Source of the DNA: Gemmatimonadota bacterium
GTDB taxonomy: Bacteria; Gemmatimonadota; Gemmatimonadetes; Longimicrobiales; Gaopeijiaceae
DNA: 64,000 bases
Assembly: GCA_034521595.1 (NCBI GenBank)
Contig: JAXHMG010000003.1
Span: 2,464,001 to 2,528,000, forward strand
Direction: 5' to 3'
The notes under the pieces are model-generated. The model searched no databases and was not told the origin of the DNA. It saw only the letters and a list, made by a program, of their open reading frames with translations. Below are positions 36,330 to 47,269 of this stretch, piece after piece; position 1 is the stretch's first letter, and the number at the start of each line of letters is the position of its first letter. The translations under genes and the position numbers were made by a program.

Positions 36330-37475
36330 ATGACGATCAAGAGACGCGATTTCCTGAAGAAAGCCGGAACAGGCACGGCCGGTGCGATGGCCCTCGGTGC
36401 TTGCGGAGGAGGCGAAAGCCCGGCCGCCGGCGGCGGTGGCGCCGCCGTCGATGGACCGCAGGTGAACTGGCGGCTGGCCACGAGCTTCCCGCCGAGCCTC
36501 GACATCCTCCACGGCGCGGGTGTCCGGATCGCGGAACGCGTTTCCGAGCTGACCGGCGGGAACTTCACCATGCGTGTCTACGCGGCCGGCGAGCTCGTTC
36601 CGGCGCTCCAGGTCATGGACGCCGTGCAGCAGGGTACGGTCCAGTGTGGCGTGTCCCCGGGCTACTACTACACCGGCAAGAACCCGGCCCTGGCGTTCGA
36701 CACGGCCATCCCGTTCGGACTCAGCACGCGGCAGCAGTATTCGTGGCTCATGTACGGCGGCGGGCTCGAGCTCCTCAACGACATCTACTCCGACTTCGGG
36801 GTCATCATGTTCCCGGCCAACTCGACCGGGGGGCAGATGGGCGGTTGGTTCCGGGAGCCGGTGGGTAGCTTGGCCGAGCTGAACGGCCTTACATTCCGCA
36901 TTCCCGGCATCGGCGGCGAGATCATGTCACGCTTGGGCGTCACGGTCCAGGTGCTCGGCGCGGCCGAGATCTACCCCGCCCTCGAGCGCGGCGCCATCGA
37001 CGCGACCGAGTGGGTCGGCCCGTACGATGACGAGAAGCTGGGACTCCAACAGATCGCCAAGAACTACTATTACCCGGGATGGTGGGAAGGCGGAGTCTCC
37101 ATGGGCCTCCTCATCAGCCAGCAACACTTCAACGAGCTTCCCGAGAGCTATCAGCACATCTTGCGAGCGGTGTGCGCCGAGACGTTCATCGACCGCCTCG
37201 CCCGCTACGACGCGGAGAACCCTCCGGCGCTTCGGCGCCTCGTGCAGGAGCACGGCGTGACGCTCCGACCGTTCCCCGAGGACATCATGGAAGCCGCCTG
37301 GGAAGCGTCCAACAACTACCTCGAGGAGCAGGCCGCGGACGACGAGGCCTTCCGTCGGGTGTACGAGTCGTACAGGGACTACCGGAACATGGCCTTCCCG
37401 TACGCCGCGGGTAATCAGCTCGAGTACGCGAAAGCGGCCTTCACCCGCATCGGCAACCCGCAGATGACCGGGTAG
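36330..37475 (+). CDS. dctP: TRAP substrate-binding protein (TakP-like) with Tat lipoprotein signal
   Basis: KRRDFLK; lipobox LGAC; QMGGWF, FRIPG, EWVGPYDDEKLG and YYYPGWWE. Confidence 0.92.
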   Translation: MTIKRRDFLKKAGTGTAGAMALGACGGGESPAAGGGGAAVDGPQVNWRLATSFPPSLDILHGAGVRIAERVSELTGGNFTMRVYAAGELVPALQVMDAVQQGTVQCGVSPGYYYTGKNPALAFDTAIPFGLSTRQQYSWLMYGGGLELLNDIYSDFGVIMFPANSTGGQMGGWFREPVGSLAELNGLTFRIPGIGGEIMSRLGVTVQVLGAAEIYPALERGAIDATEWVGPYDDEKLGLQQIAKNYYYPGWWEGGVSMGLLISQQHFNELPESYQHILRAVCAETFIDRLARYDAENPPALRRLVQEHGVTLRPFPEDIMEAAWEASNNYLEEQAADDEAFRRVYESYRDYRNMAFPYAAGNQLEYAKAAFTRIGNPQMTG

Positions 37476-37500
37476 GGAGCCGCGACCTCGAAGCGCATCG

Positions 37501-37537
37501 ACGGCCTCGGGGGACCGTAAGCGTCCTCCGAGGCCGT
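37501..37537. terminator. Hairpin between convergent dctP and O-methyltransferase
   Basis: ACGGCCTCGGGGGAC-CGTAAGC-GTCCTCCGAGGCCGT. Confidence 0.65.
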
Positions 37538-38199
37538 CAGCGTTTGCGGGCCAACGTCACGCCGTCCCCGATGGGGACGAGACTCAAGGACACACGCTCG
37601 TCTACGTGGACCTTACGGTTGAAGCTCCGAATCGCTTCAGTCGCGGCCTCCCGGTCGCTCGGGTCGGCCACGCGCCCGTGCCACAAGGTGTTGTCCACCG
37701 CGATCAACCCTCCCTTCCGCACGAGCTCGAGGGAGCGCTCGTAGTAGCCGTCCAGGCCTCGCTTGTCCGCGTCGAGGAACACCAGATCGAACCGGCCCGC
37801 CTCGCCGGAAGCGACGAGATCGGCCAAGGTCTCCGCGGCGGGCGCGATCCTCAGATCGATCCGATCTCCCACGCCGGCCTCCTCCCAATACCGTCGGGCG
37901 ATGGCGGTCCATTCCTCGTCGGTGTCACACGCCACGAGGGTTCCGTCCTCCGGCATCGCCAGGGCCATGGCGAGCGCGCTGTAACCGGTGAACGTACCGA
38001 CCTCGAGGATCCGCCCCGCCCCGAGGACCTCCACGAGCAGCCCCAAAAACTGACCCTGCTCGGGGCTGATCTGCATGTGCCCCTTCTCGAGGGTCGCCGT
38101 CTCGTCTCGGAGCCGCCGCATGACCTCAGGTTCCCGCAGCGACACCTCCAACAGGTAGGCGTGGAGCGCCTCGGTCAGCGGCGTGGTTCGACGGCTCAT
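37537..38199 (-). CDS. Class I O-methyltransferase (caffeoyl-CoA OMT-like)
   Basis: MQISPEQGQF, EVGTFTGYS, FLDADK, DNTLWHG and PIGDGVTL. Confidence 0.92.
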   Translation of the reverse strand: MSRRTTPLTEALHAYLLEVSLREPEVMRRLRDETATLEKGHMQISPEQGQFLGLLVEVLGAGRILEVGTFTGYSALAMALAMPEDGTLVACDTDEEWTAIARRYWEEAGVGDRIDLRIAPAAETLADLVASGEAGRFDLVFLDADKRGLDGYYERSLELVRKGGLIAVDNTLWHGRVADPSDREAATEAIRSFNRKVHVDERVSLSLVPIGDGVTLARKR

Positions 38200-39503
38200 C
38201 AGGTCGTGGGCAGCGCCATCCAGCCCAGGAAGGCCAGCACGACCACCTGAATGGCGATGAACGGAATCACCCCTCTATAGATCGCCGTCGTCTCGATGTT
38301 TCGCGGCGTCACCCCCCTCAGGTAGAAGAGGCTGAAGCCGAACGGGGGTGTCAGGAACGACGTCTGCAGGTTGACGGCCAGCAGGATGCCGAGCGAAACC
38401 AGATCCACGCCGAGCACCACGGCGGGGGGCACGATGAGCGGGACGATGATGAACGCGATCTCGAAGAAGTCGATGAAGAACCCGAGGATGAAGACCACGA
38501 GGTTCACGACGATCAGAAAGCCCAGCGCGCCTCCCGGGATGCCCGTCAGCATCTCCTCGATCCAGATGTCGCCGTCGAATCCCCGAAACACGAGCGCGAA
38601 CATGGTCGACCCGATGAGGAGGAACACCACCATGATGGTGAGCCGGCTGGTTTCCTCCATCGCGGCCTTCAGGGTCGTCATGTTGAGCTGACGGTTGAGG
38701 GCCGCGAGCACCATCGCGCCCACCGCGCCGAGCGCGCCCGCTTCGGTCGGCGTCGCAACCCCGGCGAAGATGCTGCCGAGAACCACGACGATGAGCGTCA
38801 GCGGTGGCAGGAGCGACAGGATCACCTGTCGCAGCAAGGTGAGCCCCGTCGAGCGCAGCTCCAGGGGAAGCGCGGGCGCGACGTTCTTGTCCAGGAACGC
38901 CAGTCCGAAAACGTAGACGACGTACGCCCCGGTCAGCACCAGCCCCGGCATCAGGGCCGCTCGGAAGAGATCGCCCACGCTGACGCCCATCTGATCGCCG
39001 AGGACGATCAGCACGATCGATGGTGGAATGATCTGGCCCAGGGTGCCGGACGCCGAGATGACGCCGAGGCTGAGCTCCTTGTTGTACGAGTTGCGGAGCA
39101 TGACCGGAAGCGAGATCAGGCCCATGGCGGTCACGCTGGCGCCCACTACGCCCGTCGCGGCGGCCAGGAGGGCGCCCACCACCACCACGCCCACGGCGAG
39201 CCCACCTCGAAAGCCTCCGAACAGCGCGCCGATCGTCTCGAGAAGCTGTTCGGCCAGCTTGCTCTTCTCCAAGACGGTGCCCATGAAGATGAAGAAGGGC
39301 ACCGCCAGGAGCGTGTAGTTCGACATCGTGCCGAACGTGCGCTCCGGCATGGCGAAGAGAAAGAACAGGTCGAACTGGTTGAACACATGGCCCACGAGGG
39401 CGAACGCCAGCGCGGATCCCCCCAGGACGAACGCCACCGGATATCCGGTGAAGATCAGCCCCAGGGTCACGCAAAACATCATCGGACCCCAAAGATCGCT
39501 CAT
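38199..39503 (-). CDS. dctM: TRAP large permease
   Basis: LLAVPFFIFMG, SGTLGQIIPPS, ATPTEAG and SFLTPPFG. Confidence 0.93.
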   Translation of the reverse strand: MSDLWGPMMFCVTLGLIFTGYPVAFVLGGSALAFALVGHVFNQFDLFFLFAMPERTFGTMSNYTLLAVPFFIFMGTVLEKSKLAEQLLETIGALFGGFRGGLAVGVVVVGALLAAATGVVGASVTAMGLISLPVMLRNSYNKELSLGVISASGTLGQIIPPSIVLIVLGDQMGVSVGDLFRAALMPGLVLTGAYVVYVFGLAFLDKNVAPALPLELRSTGLTLLRQVILSLLPPLTLIVVVLGSIFAGVATPTEAGALGAVGAMVLAALNRQLNMTTLKAAMEETSRLTIMVVFLLIGSTMFALVFRGFDGDIWIEEMLTGIPGGALGFLIVVNLVVFILGFFIDFFEIAFIIVPLIVPPAVVLGVDLVSLGILLAVNLQTSFLTPPFGFSLFYLRGVTPRNIETTAIYRGVIPFIAIQVVVLAFLGWMALPTT

Positions 39504-40147
39504 GCGTCGTCCCTCTCGTTCGGAACGTCCGCCACGGCTCCGTCGACCGCGGGCATCGGAAGGTGACTCGTGCCGGCCTCTGGATCCACGTTGTCTCGCA
39601 TGGTCTCCACTTGCTTGATGATGTGGCTCACGGCCTGGAGCAGGAGCAGGCCGAAGGACACCAGAATGAGCGCCTTGATGGGGTATCGGGGTAACCCGCC
39701 GGGGTCGGGAGACGTCTCTCCGATGGACCAGGAGTTACGCACCGCCGGGAAGGACAGCCACAACATGGCGATCGAGAACGGCACGAGACACACCACGGTG
39801 CCGACCAGGTCGATGATGGCCCGTGTCCGGGCGGAGAGCCGCTCGAACATGACGTCCACTCGCACATGGACGTCCTTGTTCAAGCCGTACGCGGCCCCCA
39901 TGAGAAAGATCACGCTGAACGCGTACCACTGGCCTTCCACCAGGGGCGTGAGGTTCATCGACATGCCCAGACCGCGCGAGAAATACCTCAAGATCGCGCT
40001 TGTGGCGCCGATGAGCACCATGACCAGCGTGAGCCAGCGAATCGTTACTCCGATCGCGTCGTTGAGGCCGTCGATGCCGGCGCTCAGCCTTCTCAGAATA
40101 AGCATGCGCGGATGATGCATAGGGAGGGCGTCCAGGGCAACGGACAC
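39500..40147 (-). CDS. dctQ: TRAP small permease (start uncertain: 40147, 40120 or 40105)
   Basis: Four TM helices; HVRVD; GETSPDPGGLP. Confidence 0.88.
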   Translation of the reverse strand: MSVALDALPMHHPRMLILRRLSAGIDGLNDAIGVTIRWLTLVMVLIGATSAILRYFSRGLGMSMNLTPLVEGQWYAFSVIFLMGAAYGLNKDVHVRVDVMFERLSARTRAIIDLVGTVVCLVPFSIAMLWLSFPAVRNSWSIGETSPDPGGLPRYPIKALILVSFGLLLLQAVSHIIKQVETMRDNVDPEAGTSHLPMPAVDGAVADVPNERDDA

Positions 40148-40150
40148 CGG

Positions 40151-41017
40151 TTAGATGAGATATCCCCCGTCCACGGGAATCACGGCACCCGTGATATGGC
40201 GGGCGGACTCGGAACAGAGAAAAGCGACCACGTCGGCCACGTCCTGCGGGTCCCCCAAACGCCCCAGCACGGACTCTTCGCGAGCGCGGTCCAGATGCTC
40301 GGTCGGGATGCCCTCCGTGAGCCTCGTCGTCCGGATGTACCCGGGCGCTACCGCATTCACGTTGATGTTCTTCGGACCCAGCTCGACCGCCGTCGAGCGT
40401 GTGAGCCCGATCAGCCCAGCTTTGGACGCGGCGTAATTCGACACTCCGAACGCTCCACGGATCCCGTGCACGGACGTGATGTTCACGATCTTGCCATATT
40501 CCTGGGCTCGTAAAAAGGGGGTCACGGCCCGCGTGAAGTAGAACGCGCCGTCGAGGTTGGTCCGAACGACGGCTTCCCACTCGTGATCCTCCATACGCCA
40601 CAGCGCCCTGTCCCGCCCTATCCCCGCATTGTTGACGAGCACGTGGAGCCCCCCCAGCTCGACGTTGGCCTCCGCGACGAACCCGTTGACGTCGTGCGCG
40701 TCCCGCACGTCGCAGCTCCGGAAGAAGACCTTCACCTCGAGCTCACGCAGTCGCTTCGCCACGTCCTGCGCTTCCAAGCGGGATGTGGATCCCGTGTCCA
40801 GGAAGCAGAAAGCGACGTGCAGCCCGCACCGCGCCAGGGTAATGGCGATCGCCCGCCCGATTCCGCTCGAGCCGCCCGTGACGACCGCGACGCGTCCACG
40901 CAGGTTGTCGGAGACCAACGCCGGTCGAGGTCGGGCCTCCTCGACCTGGTCGAGCAATGCCTCGACTGCATCGTTCAGGCTCGCATCTTCTGCGGTAGCG
41001 GTTTCGCGATCACTCAT
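40151..41017 (-). CDS. SDR, 3-oxoacyl-ACP reductase-like
   Basis: TGGSSGIG, NNAGI, YAASK and NAVAPG. Confidence 0.9.
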   Translation of the reverse strand: MSDRETATAEDASLNDAVEALLDQVEEARPRPALVSDNLRGRVAVVTGGSSGIGRAIAITLARCGLHVAFCFLDTGSTSRLEAQDVAKRLRELEVKVFFRSCDVRDAHDVNGFVAEANVELGGLHVLVNNAGIGRDRALWRMEDHEWEAVVRTNLDGAFYFTRAVTPFLRAQEYGKIVNITSVHGIRGAFGVSNYAASKAGLIGLTRSTAVELGPKNINVNAVAPGYIRTTRLTEGIPTEHLDRAREESVLGRLGDPQDVADVVAFLCSESARHITGAVIPVDGGYLI

Positions 41018-41114
41018 GGGCGAACAGGCTACCCCGGATGTCCGGGCGGCGCAATTCCGCCGGCGGCCGATGTTCGACCGACGCACTCCGGGGCTTCGTG
41101 CGAGGGCCGAGGGA

Positions 41115-41831
41115 TCACTCGGACGAACCGGCGTCCGTCTCGGTCGGGTCGTAGTCTTCGTCGGCTCCGTGCTTGATCGTGCGACCTTCCACGAGAAAGA
41201 CCACATCCTCGGCCAGGTTGGTCGCCAGATCCCCGGTTCGTTCGAGGTTCTGAGAGACGAGGAGAAGCTCCAGCGCACCGCTGATGCGCTTGGGGTCCTC
41301 CAGCATGTGCGTGACGAGGATGCGAAACATGGAGCGCCGTAGCTCGTCCACCTTGTCGTCCGTGAGGCACACGAGCCGAGCCGTCCCCGTGTTGCGAGCC
41401 ACGTACGCCGCGAGCGCGTCCGACACCATCTCGCGCGTCACGTCCACCATCTCCGCCAGCTCGCGCACTTCGGGGAGCGGGGGGGTGTCCGCCAACCGCT
41501 TCGCCGCCTTGGCGATGTTGAGCGCGTGGTCACCCATCCGCTCCAGGTCGTTGGAGAGCTTGTTGGTGGTGATGATCCGACGCAGATCGGTCGCCATCGG
41601 CTGATGGAGCGCGAGCAGCTCGACCACCTGCTCGTCGATCGCGACCTCGAGCTCGTCGATCCGGTCGTCGGTGCGCCTCGCATGCTCGACGACGTTCGGG
41701 TCCCGCTCGAGCACCGCCTTCGTGGCCGCCGCCAACGCCTCCTCGACGAGACCCGCCATCTCCATGAGGCGATCCTGAAGGGCGTCGAGCCGGCTGTGGA
41801 AATGCCGCTGGCTGGCCTGTGGCGTGCTCAA
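41115..41831 (-). CDS. phoU: Phosphate signalling protein PhoU
   Basis: TTG start overlapping the pstB stop (TTGA) with [26 protein letters not shown] and [11 protein letters not shown]. Confidence 0.92.
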   Translation of the reverse strand: MSTPQASQRHFHSRLDALQDRLMEMAGLVEEALAAATKAVLERDPNVVEHARRTDDRIDELEVAIDEQVVELLALHQPMATDLRRIITTNKLSNDLERMGDHALNIAKAAKRLADTPPLPEVRELAEMVDVTREMVSDALAAYVARNTGTARLVCLTDDKVDELRRSMFRILVTHMLEDPKRISGALELLLVSQNLERTGDLATNLAEDVVFLVEGRTIKHGADEDYDPTETDAGSSE

Positions 41832-42610
41832 CCGAACCTCCCCGTGATGTAGGCTTCCGTCTGCTCCTCCTTCGGATTCGTGAAGATCGTCTCCGTCGGC
41901 CCGTACTCGACGAGATGTCCCATATACAGGAAGGCGGTATAGTCGGAGATCCGCGCCGCCTGCTGCATGTTGTGGGTGACGATGACGATCGTGTAATCCT
42001 TCTTGAGCTCGTAGATGAGTTCTTCTATCCGCTGCGTCGCGATGGGATCCAACGCCGAGGCCGGCTCGTCCATCAAGACGATCTCGGGCTTCACCGCGAG
42101 CGTGCGTGCGATGCACAACCGTTGTTGCTGGCCACCGGAGAGGGCATAGGCGGAATCCTGGAGCCGATCGTGAACCTCATCCCACAGCGCGCTCTGCTTC
42201 AGGGACGCCTCCACGAGCATGTCCAGGTCCCCTTCGTGCCCGTTCACCCGCGGACCGAACGCCACGTTGTCGAAGATGGACTTCGGGAAGGGATTCGGCT
42301 TCTGGAACACCATGCCGATGCGCCTTCGGACTTCGACGGGATCCACGTCGTCGCCGTACAGGTTCTGGCCGTGGAAGGTGACCGCACCCTCGACGCGAGC
42401 CGCGGGCACGAGATCGTTCATCCGGTTGAAGCACCGCAGAAGCGTGCTCTTGCCGCACCCGGACGGCCCGATGAGGGCCACGACCTGCCTGGAGGGAATC
42501 GTGAGCGACACGTCCTTCACGGCCTCGAGCTCACCGTAAAAGACGGAGAGCCCCTGCGCCTCGAGCGCGGGCACGCGCCCTCCGGTTTCGATATCGTAGA
42601 TCGTGGCCAT
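41828..42610 (-). CDS. pstB: Phosphate ABC transporter ATPase
   Basis: [32 protein letters not shown] and YITGRFG. Confidence 0.97.
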   Translation of the reverse strand: MATIYDIETGGRVPALEAQGLSVFYGELEAVKDVSLTIPSRQVVALIGPSGCGKSTLLRCFNRMNDLVPAARVEGAVTFHGQNLYGDDVDPVEVRRRIGMVFQKPNPFPKSIFDNVAFGPRVNGHEGDLDMLVEASLKQSALWDEVHDRLQDSAYALSGGQQQRLCIARTLAVKPEIVLMDEPASALDPIATQRIEELIYELKKDYTIVIVTHNMQQAARISDYTAFLYMGHLVEYGPTETIFTNPKEEQTEAYITGRFG

Positions 42611-42614
42611 GTCG

Positions 42615-43502
42615 TCAGTTGCGAGTCTGGTAGCGGTTCCGGAGGACGATCGCGACGGCGTTCATGCTGAGCAGGAGCAGCAGCAGGACGACGATTCCCG
42701 CGGCTGCGAGGGCGCGGAACTCGTCCTGTGGCCGGGACACCCAGTTGTAGATCTGGAGCGGTAACACGGTGAACCGATCCATCGGTCCCGCGGGCGTGAA
42801 GGCGAGGTACCCGACCGCGCCCACCATGATCAGCGGTGCCGTCTCCCCCACCGCCCGCGAGAGCGCCAGAATCGTTCCCGTGAGGATGCCGGGCATCGCG
42901 GACGGGAGCACCTGGGTCCGCACCACCTGCCAGCGGGTGGCGCCCAGACCATAAGCCGCCTCCCGGATCGTGCCGGGCACCGCCCGGATCGCCTCCTGCG
43001 CCGCCATGATGATGACGGGCATGATGAGGAGCGACAGCGTCAACGCGCCGGACAGGACGCTCCGGTCGAGCCGGAAGAAGCGCACGAACAGCGCCAAGCC
43101 CAGGATACCGTACACGATCGAGGGCACCCCCGCCAGGTTCGCTATGTTGGTCTGGATCGTGCGCGTGATCCAGTTCTGCGACGCGTACTCCTCGAGGTAG
43201 ATGGCCGCGGCAACCGACACCGGAAAGGAGATGAGGGCCGTGAGCGTGAGAATCCAGACCGACCCGGCGAGCGCCGCCTTGATGCCCGCCCGCTCGGGGA
43301 TCCGCGAGCCGAAGTTGACGAGGAAATCACCGTCGAGGCTCGGGAGCCCGTCGAGCGCGACGTCCGTCAGGAGCACACCGAGGGCGAGCACGCCGACCGC
43401 GGTGGCCGCGGCACACAGGCCCGCGAACAACACGCCGAGTCGTCGCCGACGACGACCCCGCGGCGTGGTCGCGCCACCGAAAGAGGGTCCGGGATCGCTC
43501 AC
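42615..43502 (-). CDS. pstA: Phosphate ABC transporter permease
   Basis: [11 protein letters not shown] and [12 protein letters not shown] overlap with pstC. Confidence 0.93.
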   Translation of the reverse strand: MSDPGPSFGGATTPRGRRRRRLGVLFAGLCAAATAVGVLALGVLLTDVALDGLPSLDGDFLVNFGSRIPERAGIKAALAGSVWILTLTALISFPVSVAAAIYLEEYASQNWITRTIQTNIANLAGVPSIVYGILGLALFVRFFRLDRSVLSGALTLSLLIMPVIIMAAQEAIRAVPGTIREAAYGLGATRWQVVRTQVLPSAMPGILTGTILALSRAVGETAPLIMVGAVGYLAFTPAGPMDRFTVLPLQIYNWVSRPQDEFRALAAAGIVVLLLLLLSMNAVAIVLRNRYQTRN

Positions 43503-44434
43503 TCGTACTCCTCCCGGAAGCGGGAAAGGACCCATTGGCTCAGGATGTTCATCGCGAGGGTGATGAGGAACAGCGTCATCCCCACGGCGAACAGGGTCTG
43601 GTAGACGATCGTCCCGCGCGGAGTGTCACCGAGGGACGCCTGGACGATATAGGCAGTCATGGTCTGGATCGATTCGAGCGGATTCAGCGTCATGTTGGGG
43701 AGATTCCCGGCGGCGATGGTCACCGCCATCGTCTCTCCGATGGCCCTCGAAACCGCGAGGATGAACGATGCGATGATCCCCGAAAGGGCCGCCGGGACCA
43801 CCACCCGGGTGGACACCTCGAGCTTGGTCGCTCCCAGCCCGTAGGCGCCGTGGCGCAGCGCCTCCGGCACCGCGCGGAGGGCGTCCTCGGAAAGCGAGGA
43901 GACGGTGGGAATGATCATGATCCCCACCACGATGCTCGCCGACGCGGCGTTGAACACGTCGGTGCCCGGAAACACGCTTCGGAGGAGCGGCGTGACGAAG
44001 GTCAGCGCGAAGTAGCCGTACACGACCGTGGGGATCCCGGCGAGGATCTCGAGGACCGGCTTCAAGACCTTCCGCAGCCCGGCGGTCGAGTACTCGCTCA
44101 GGAACACGGCGGTCAGCAGTCCGATCGGGAGCGCGATCGCGGCCGCGCCCCCGGCCACCATGAACGAGCCGGCCAGCAGCGGAAGGACGCCGAAATGCTT
44201 CTCCTGGAACATCGGCTCCCAGCGAGTCCCGGTGAAGAACTCGACGACCGAGACCTGCGTGAAGAACGCCACGGTCTCGCCCAACAGGACCGCGACCACG
44301 CCGATCGTCACCAGGGTGGACGCGGCGGCGCACGCGAAGAGCAGCGCTCCGATCATCCGCTCCCTGGTGTCGCGGCTGCGGCGGAAGCTTAGTCCCGCGC
44401 CGCCGTTCGCTTGCACTTCCGATGGCTCCTGCAC
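43499..44434 (-). CDS. pstC: Phosphate ABC transporter permease
   Basis: [12 protein letters not shown] and SRAIGETM. Confidence 0.93.
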   Translation of the reverse strand: MQEPSEVQANGGAGLSFRRSRDTRERMIGALLFACAAASTLVTIGVVAVLLGETVAFFTQVSVVEFFTGTRWEPMFQEKHFGVLPLLAGSFMVAGGAAAIALPIGLLTAVFLSEYSTAGLRKVLKPVLEILAGIPTVVYGYFALTFVTPLLRSVFPGTDVFNAASASIVVGIMIIPTVSSLSEDALRAVPEALRHGAYGLGATKLEVSTRVVVPAALSGIIASFILAVSRAIGETMAVTIAAGNLPNMTLNPLESIQTMTAYIVQASLGDTPRGTIVYQTLFAVGMTLFLITLAMNILSQWVLSRFREEYE

Positions 44435-44458
44435 CGAGGCTCTTCCCTTGGTTCAGAG

Positions 44459-45397
44459 TCAGCCGGAGGTCCCGGCGGCCTCACGAATGAGTCGGAGCTG
44501 CTCTTCGTACTCGACCGGCGACAGTGCGTGGTACCCGGTGGACGGAACGATCTCGGCGGCTTCCTGGAGGATGAACTCGGCGAACGCACGCACCTCGGGT
44601 CGCTCGAGCGCGGTATGTTGCACGTAGATGTAGAGCGGCCTCGCGAGCGGGGTGTAGGAGCCGTTTTCGATCGTCTCGTCCGACGGCGAGACACATCCCG
44701 AGCCATTATCGACGGCGACGAGCTCGAGGGCGTCCCGGTTCTCGGTGAAGTACGCATACCCGAAGTACCCGAGCGCGTACTCGTCGCCCGCGACCCCCTG
44801 TACGAGGATGTTGTCGTCCTCGCTGGCCTGGAAGTCGGCCCGGCTCGCGCCGCTCTCGCCGTTGATCGTCTCGGTGAAGTAGTCGAAGGTGCCCGAGTCG
44901 GTGCCGGGGCCGTACAGACGGATCTCCTCATCGGGCCACTCGGAGCGCACGTCACGCCAGGTCGTCACCGAGCTTCCGGGCTCCCAGATGCGTTGGAGCT
45001 CCTCCACCGTGAGGCATTCCACGAAATCGTTGGAGGGGTTCACGATCACCGAGAGCCCGTCCCAGCCGACGCGCAGCTCCGTCATCTCGATTCCGGCCTC
45101 CTCACAGGCTTCGCGCTCGTCCTCCGCGATGGGACGGGAAGCGTTCGTGAAATCGGTTTCTCCGGCGCAAAAGCGCTGGAACCCCCCGCCGGTTCCGGAG
45201 ACCCCGACGGTGACCCGCGCCCGTGGATTCGCGATCTGGAATTCTTCGGCCAGAGCCTCGGCGACCGGGAACACCGTGCTCGAGCCGTCGATGCGGATGT
45301 TGCCCTGGACGCCGGTACCGTCACCGGTCTCGCCTCCGCATGCGGCGAGGGAGAAAGCGGTGGCAACGCAGGCGAGAGCAATGGTGGACTTCGACAT
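44459..45397 (-). CDS. pstS: Phosphate-binding lipoprotein
   Basis: Lipobox LAAC; IDGSSTV, SGTGGG, DSGTFDYF and YTPLARPLYIY. Confidence 0.93.
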   Translation of the reverse strand: MSKSTIALACVATAFSLAACGGETGDGTGVQGNIRIDGSSTVFPVAEALAEEFQIANPRARVTVGVSGTGGGFQRFCAGETDFTNASRPIAEDEREACEEAGIEMTELRVGWDGLSVIVNPSNDFVECLTVEELQRIWEPGSSVTTWRDVRSEWPDEEIRLYGPGTDSGTFDYFTETINGESGASRADFQASEDDNILVQGVAGDEYALGYFGYAYFTENRDALELVAVDNGSGCVSPSDETIENGSYTPLARPLYIYVQHTALERPEVRAFAEFILQEAAEIVPSTGYHALSPVEYEEQLRLIREAAGTSG

Positions 45398-45448
45398 TCC
45401 GAACCGTCCTGAAGGAAGGAGCAGCGAGATGGGGATGGTGGCTGGCAT

Positions 45449-45504
45449 ACTTTAGGGCGAATCGACGTCAGAATGATAAAGGACCGGTAACGAAACCGTA
45501 ACGC
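45449..45504 (-). promoter_or_regulatory. Pho-box-like direct repeats plus -10 upstream of pstS
   Basis: Minus strand GCGTTACGGTT-TCGTTACCGGT (11-bp period), then TAAAGT. Confidence 0.6.
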
Positions 45505-45523
45505 CCCCATGCGCACGGACCAC

Positions 45524-47260
45524 TCAGGGCGCCGGCAACGTGAAGCGGATGGTGGTGCCGCGGCCGAGCTCGCTCTCCGCCTCGACGCTCCCTCCCATGG
45601 CGCCCACGAGGTGTTTCACGATGGCGAGCCCCAGCCCCGTGCCTCCCGCGTCGCGCGCACGGGAGGCGTCCGCCCGGTAGAAGCGCTCGAAGATCCTGGG
45701 CAGGACGCTCACGGGGATTCCCTCGCCATCGTCCGAGACGTCCACGGCCACGAGTCCCTCCGCCGCTGGGCGCACTCGGACGTGCACGGTCCCTCGCCCA
45801 CCGGTGTGGCGGATGGCGTTTTCGAAGAGGTTCCGGAACACCTGCGCCAAGCCTTGCGGGTCCGCGACCGCCACCGCCTCGCCGTCGACCTCGAAATCGA
45901 TCGCCGACGTTCCGGCCGCCGCCTCGACGACCGTCCACGTGTCTCGCGCCACCCGACCGATATCGACGTGTTCCGATCCCGCGCTCCACCCTCCGGACTC
46001 CAGCCGAGAAAGGTCCAGAAGGTCGTCTACGAGGTTCTGCAGGCGAACCGTGTTCGTGTGGATCGCTTCGAGGAAGCGTCGACGCACGTCTTCGGGCGGA
46101 TCGTCCTCGACGAGCGATTCCGCGTACCCGCGGATGGACGTCAACGGCGTCTTGATCTCGTGAGAAGCGTTGGCCACGAAATCACGACGTACCGTCTCGA
46201 GCCGACGGATCTCCGTGACGTCGAGCAGGGTGGTCACGGCTCCGCCGCGATCCAGAGCACGTGACGACACCAGCACGTGGCGTCCGGCCACCTCGATCTC
46301 CCGAGAAGGCACGTCGCCACGGAGTGAAGCCTCGAGCACCTCACGTAGCTCGCGGTGTCGCACGACCGCCCCAAGGGGGGGACGTTCGCTCGTGCCCGAC
46401 GGATCCGGCAAGCGCAACATGGCCCGTGCGGTGCGGTTCGTCCGCAGAAGACGCCCGTCGTCCGTGAGCGCGATGACCCCTTCCGCCATGCAGTCGATGA
46501 GCACCTGCATCTCGTCGCGTTCCTCGCCGAGCTCCGCGAGCCGCCCTCTGAGCTCGTCGCTGAGGCGGTTGAACGCGACGGCGACGTCGCGGAGCTCCGA
46601 GACCGGCCCCGCCCGCACGCTTCCGCTGAAATCGCCCCGGGCGAGACGCCGTGCGTGGTCCGCCAGCGCCACCAGGGGGCGGGCGAACAATCTGCTCAGG
46701 AGGTACGCCGCGGTGAGCGCCACCAGCATGGCGAGGAGCCCGGCCGCTGCAACCGCGCGTTGCACGCGGTCGACCGCCTGCTCCACCTCCGTGCGCGGAG
46801 CCGCGATCCGCAGAATCATCGGCTCGGTGTTCAGAGCGCCCAACGTCGCGGCGTAGAGAAGGGGCATTTCCACGGTGGCGCTCACGCGCTCGTCGAAGGC
46901 AACGTCTTCCTCGCCCTCGAGCACCGCGCGGACCTCCGGCCGCTGGCGATGACTCTCCATCTCGCCCAGGCGCCCGGGCTCCAGATACGACTCGCCGCGC
47001 ACGACGCCCGTGGTATCGATGATCGTCACGCGGTAGTCGATGCGCTCCGTGATCGCGCGGGCCAGAGCATCGGGATCCATGTCCCCGGACCGCGCCATGA
47101 GCCCCCGACCGAGGATGAGCTGCCGCTCGAGCTCGGCCCTGAAGGTCGCGCCGAGCTCCCGGTCGAGGCCCGTGCCCACGAGCACGAGCGTGAGGACGGT
47201 GAGCAGACCGACGACCCCGAAGAATCCGGCGAAGAGCACATGGTGGATACGGAGTCGCAT
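45524..47260 (-). CDS. phoR: Sensor histidine kinase PhoR (HAMP, PAS, HisKA, HATPase)
   Basis: DFVANASHEIKTPL, NLFENA, IFERFYRAD and GGTGLGL; located between phoB and pstS. Confidence 0.9.
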   Translation of the reverse strand: MRLRIHHVLFAGFFGVVGLLTVLTLVLVGTGLDRELGATFRAELERQLILGRGLMARSGDMDPDALARAITERIDYRVTIIDTTGVVRGESYLEPGRLGEMESHRQRPEVRAVLEGEEDVAFDERVSATVEMPLLYAATLGALNTEPMILRIAAPRTEVEQAVDRVQRAVAAAGLLAMLVALTAAYLLSRLFARPLVALADHARRLARGDFSGSVRAGPVSELRDVAVAFNRLSDELRGRLAELGEERDEMQVLIDCMAEGVIALTDDGRLLRTNRTARAMLRLPDPSGTSERPPLGAVVRHRELREVLEASLRGDVPSREIEVAGRHVLVSSRALDRGGAVTTLLDVTEIRRLETVRRDFVANASHEIKTPLTSIRGYAESLVEDDPPEDVRRRFLEAIHTNTVRLQNLVDDLLDLSRLESGGWSAGSEHVDIGRVARDTWTVVEAAAGTSAIDFEVDGEAVAVADPQGLAQVFRNLFENAIRHTGGRGTVHVRVRPAAEGLVAVDVSDDGEGIPVSVLPRIFERFYRADASRARDAGGTGLGLAIVKHLVGAMGGSVEAESELGRGTTIRFTLPAP

Positions 47261-47269
47261 CAGCCTCCG

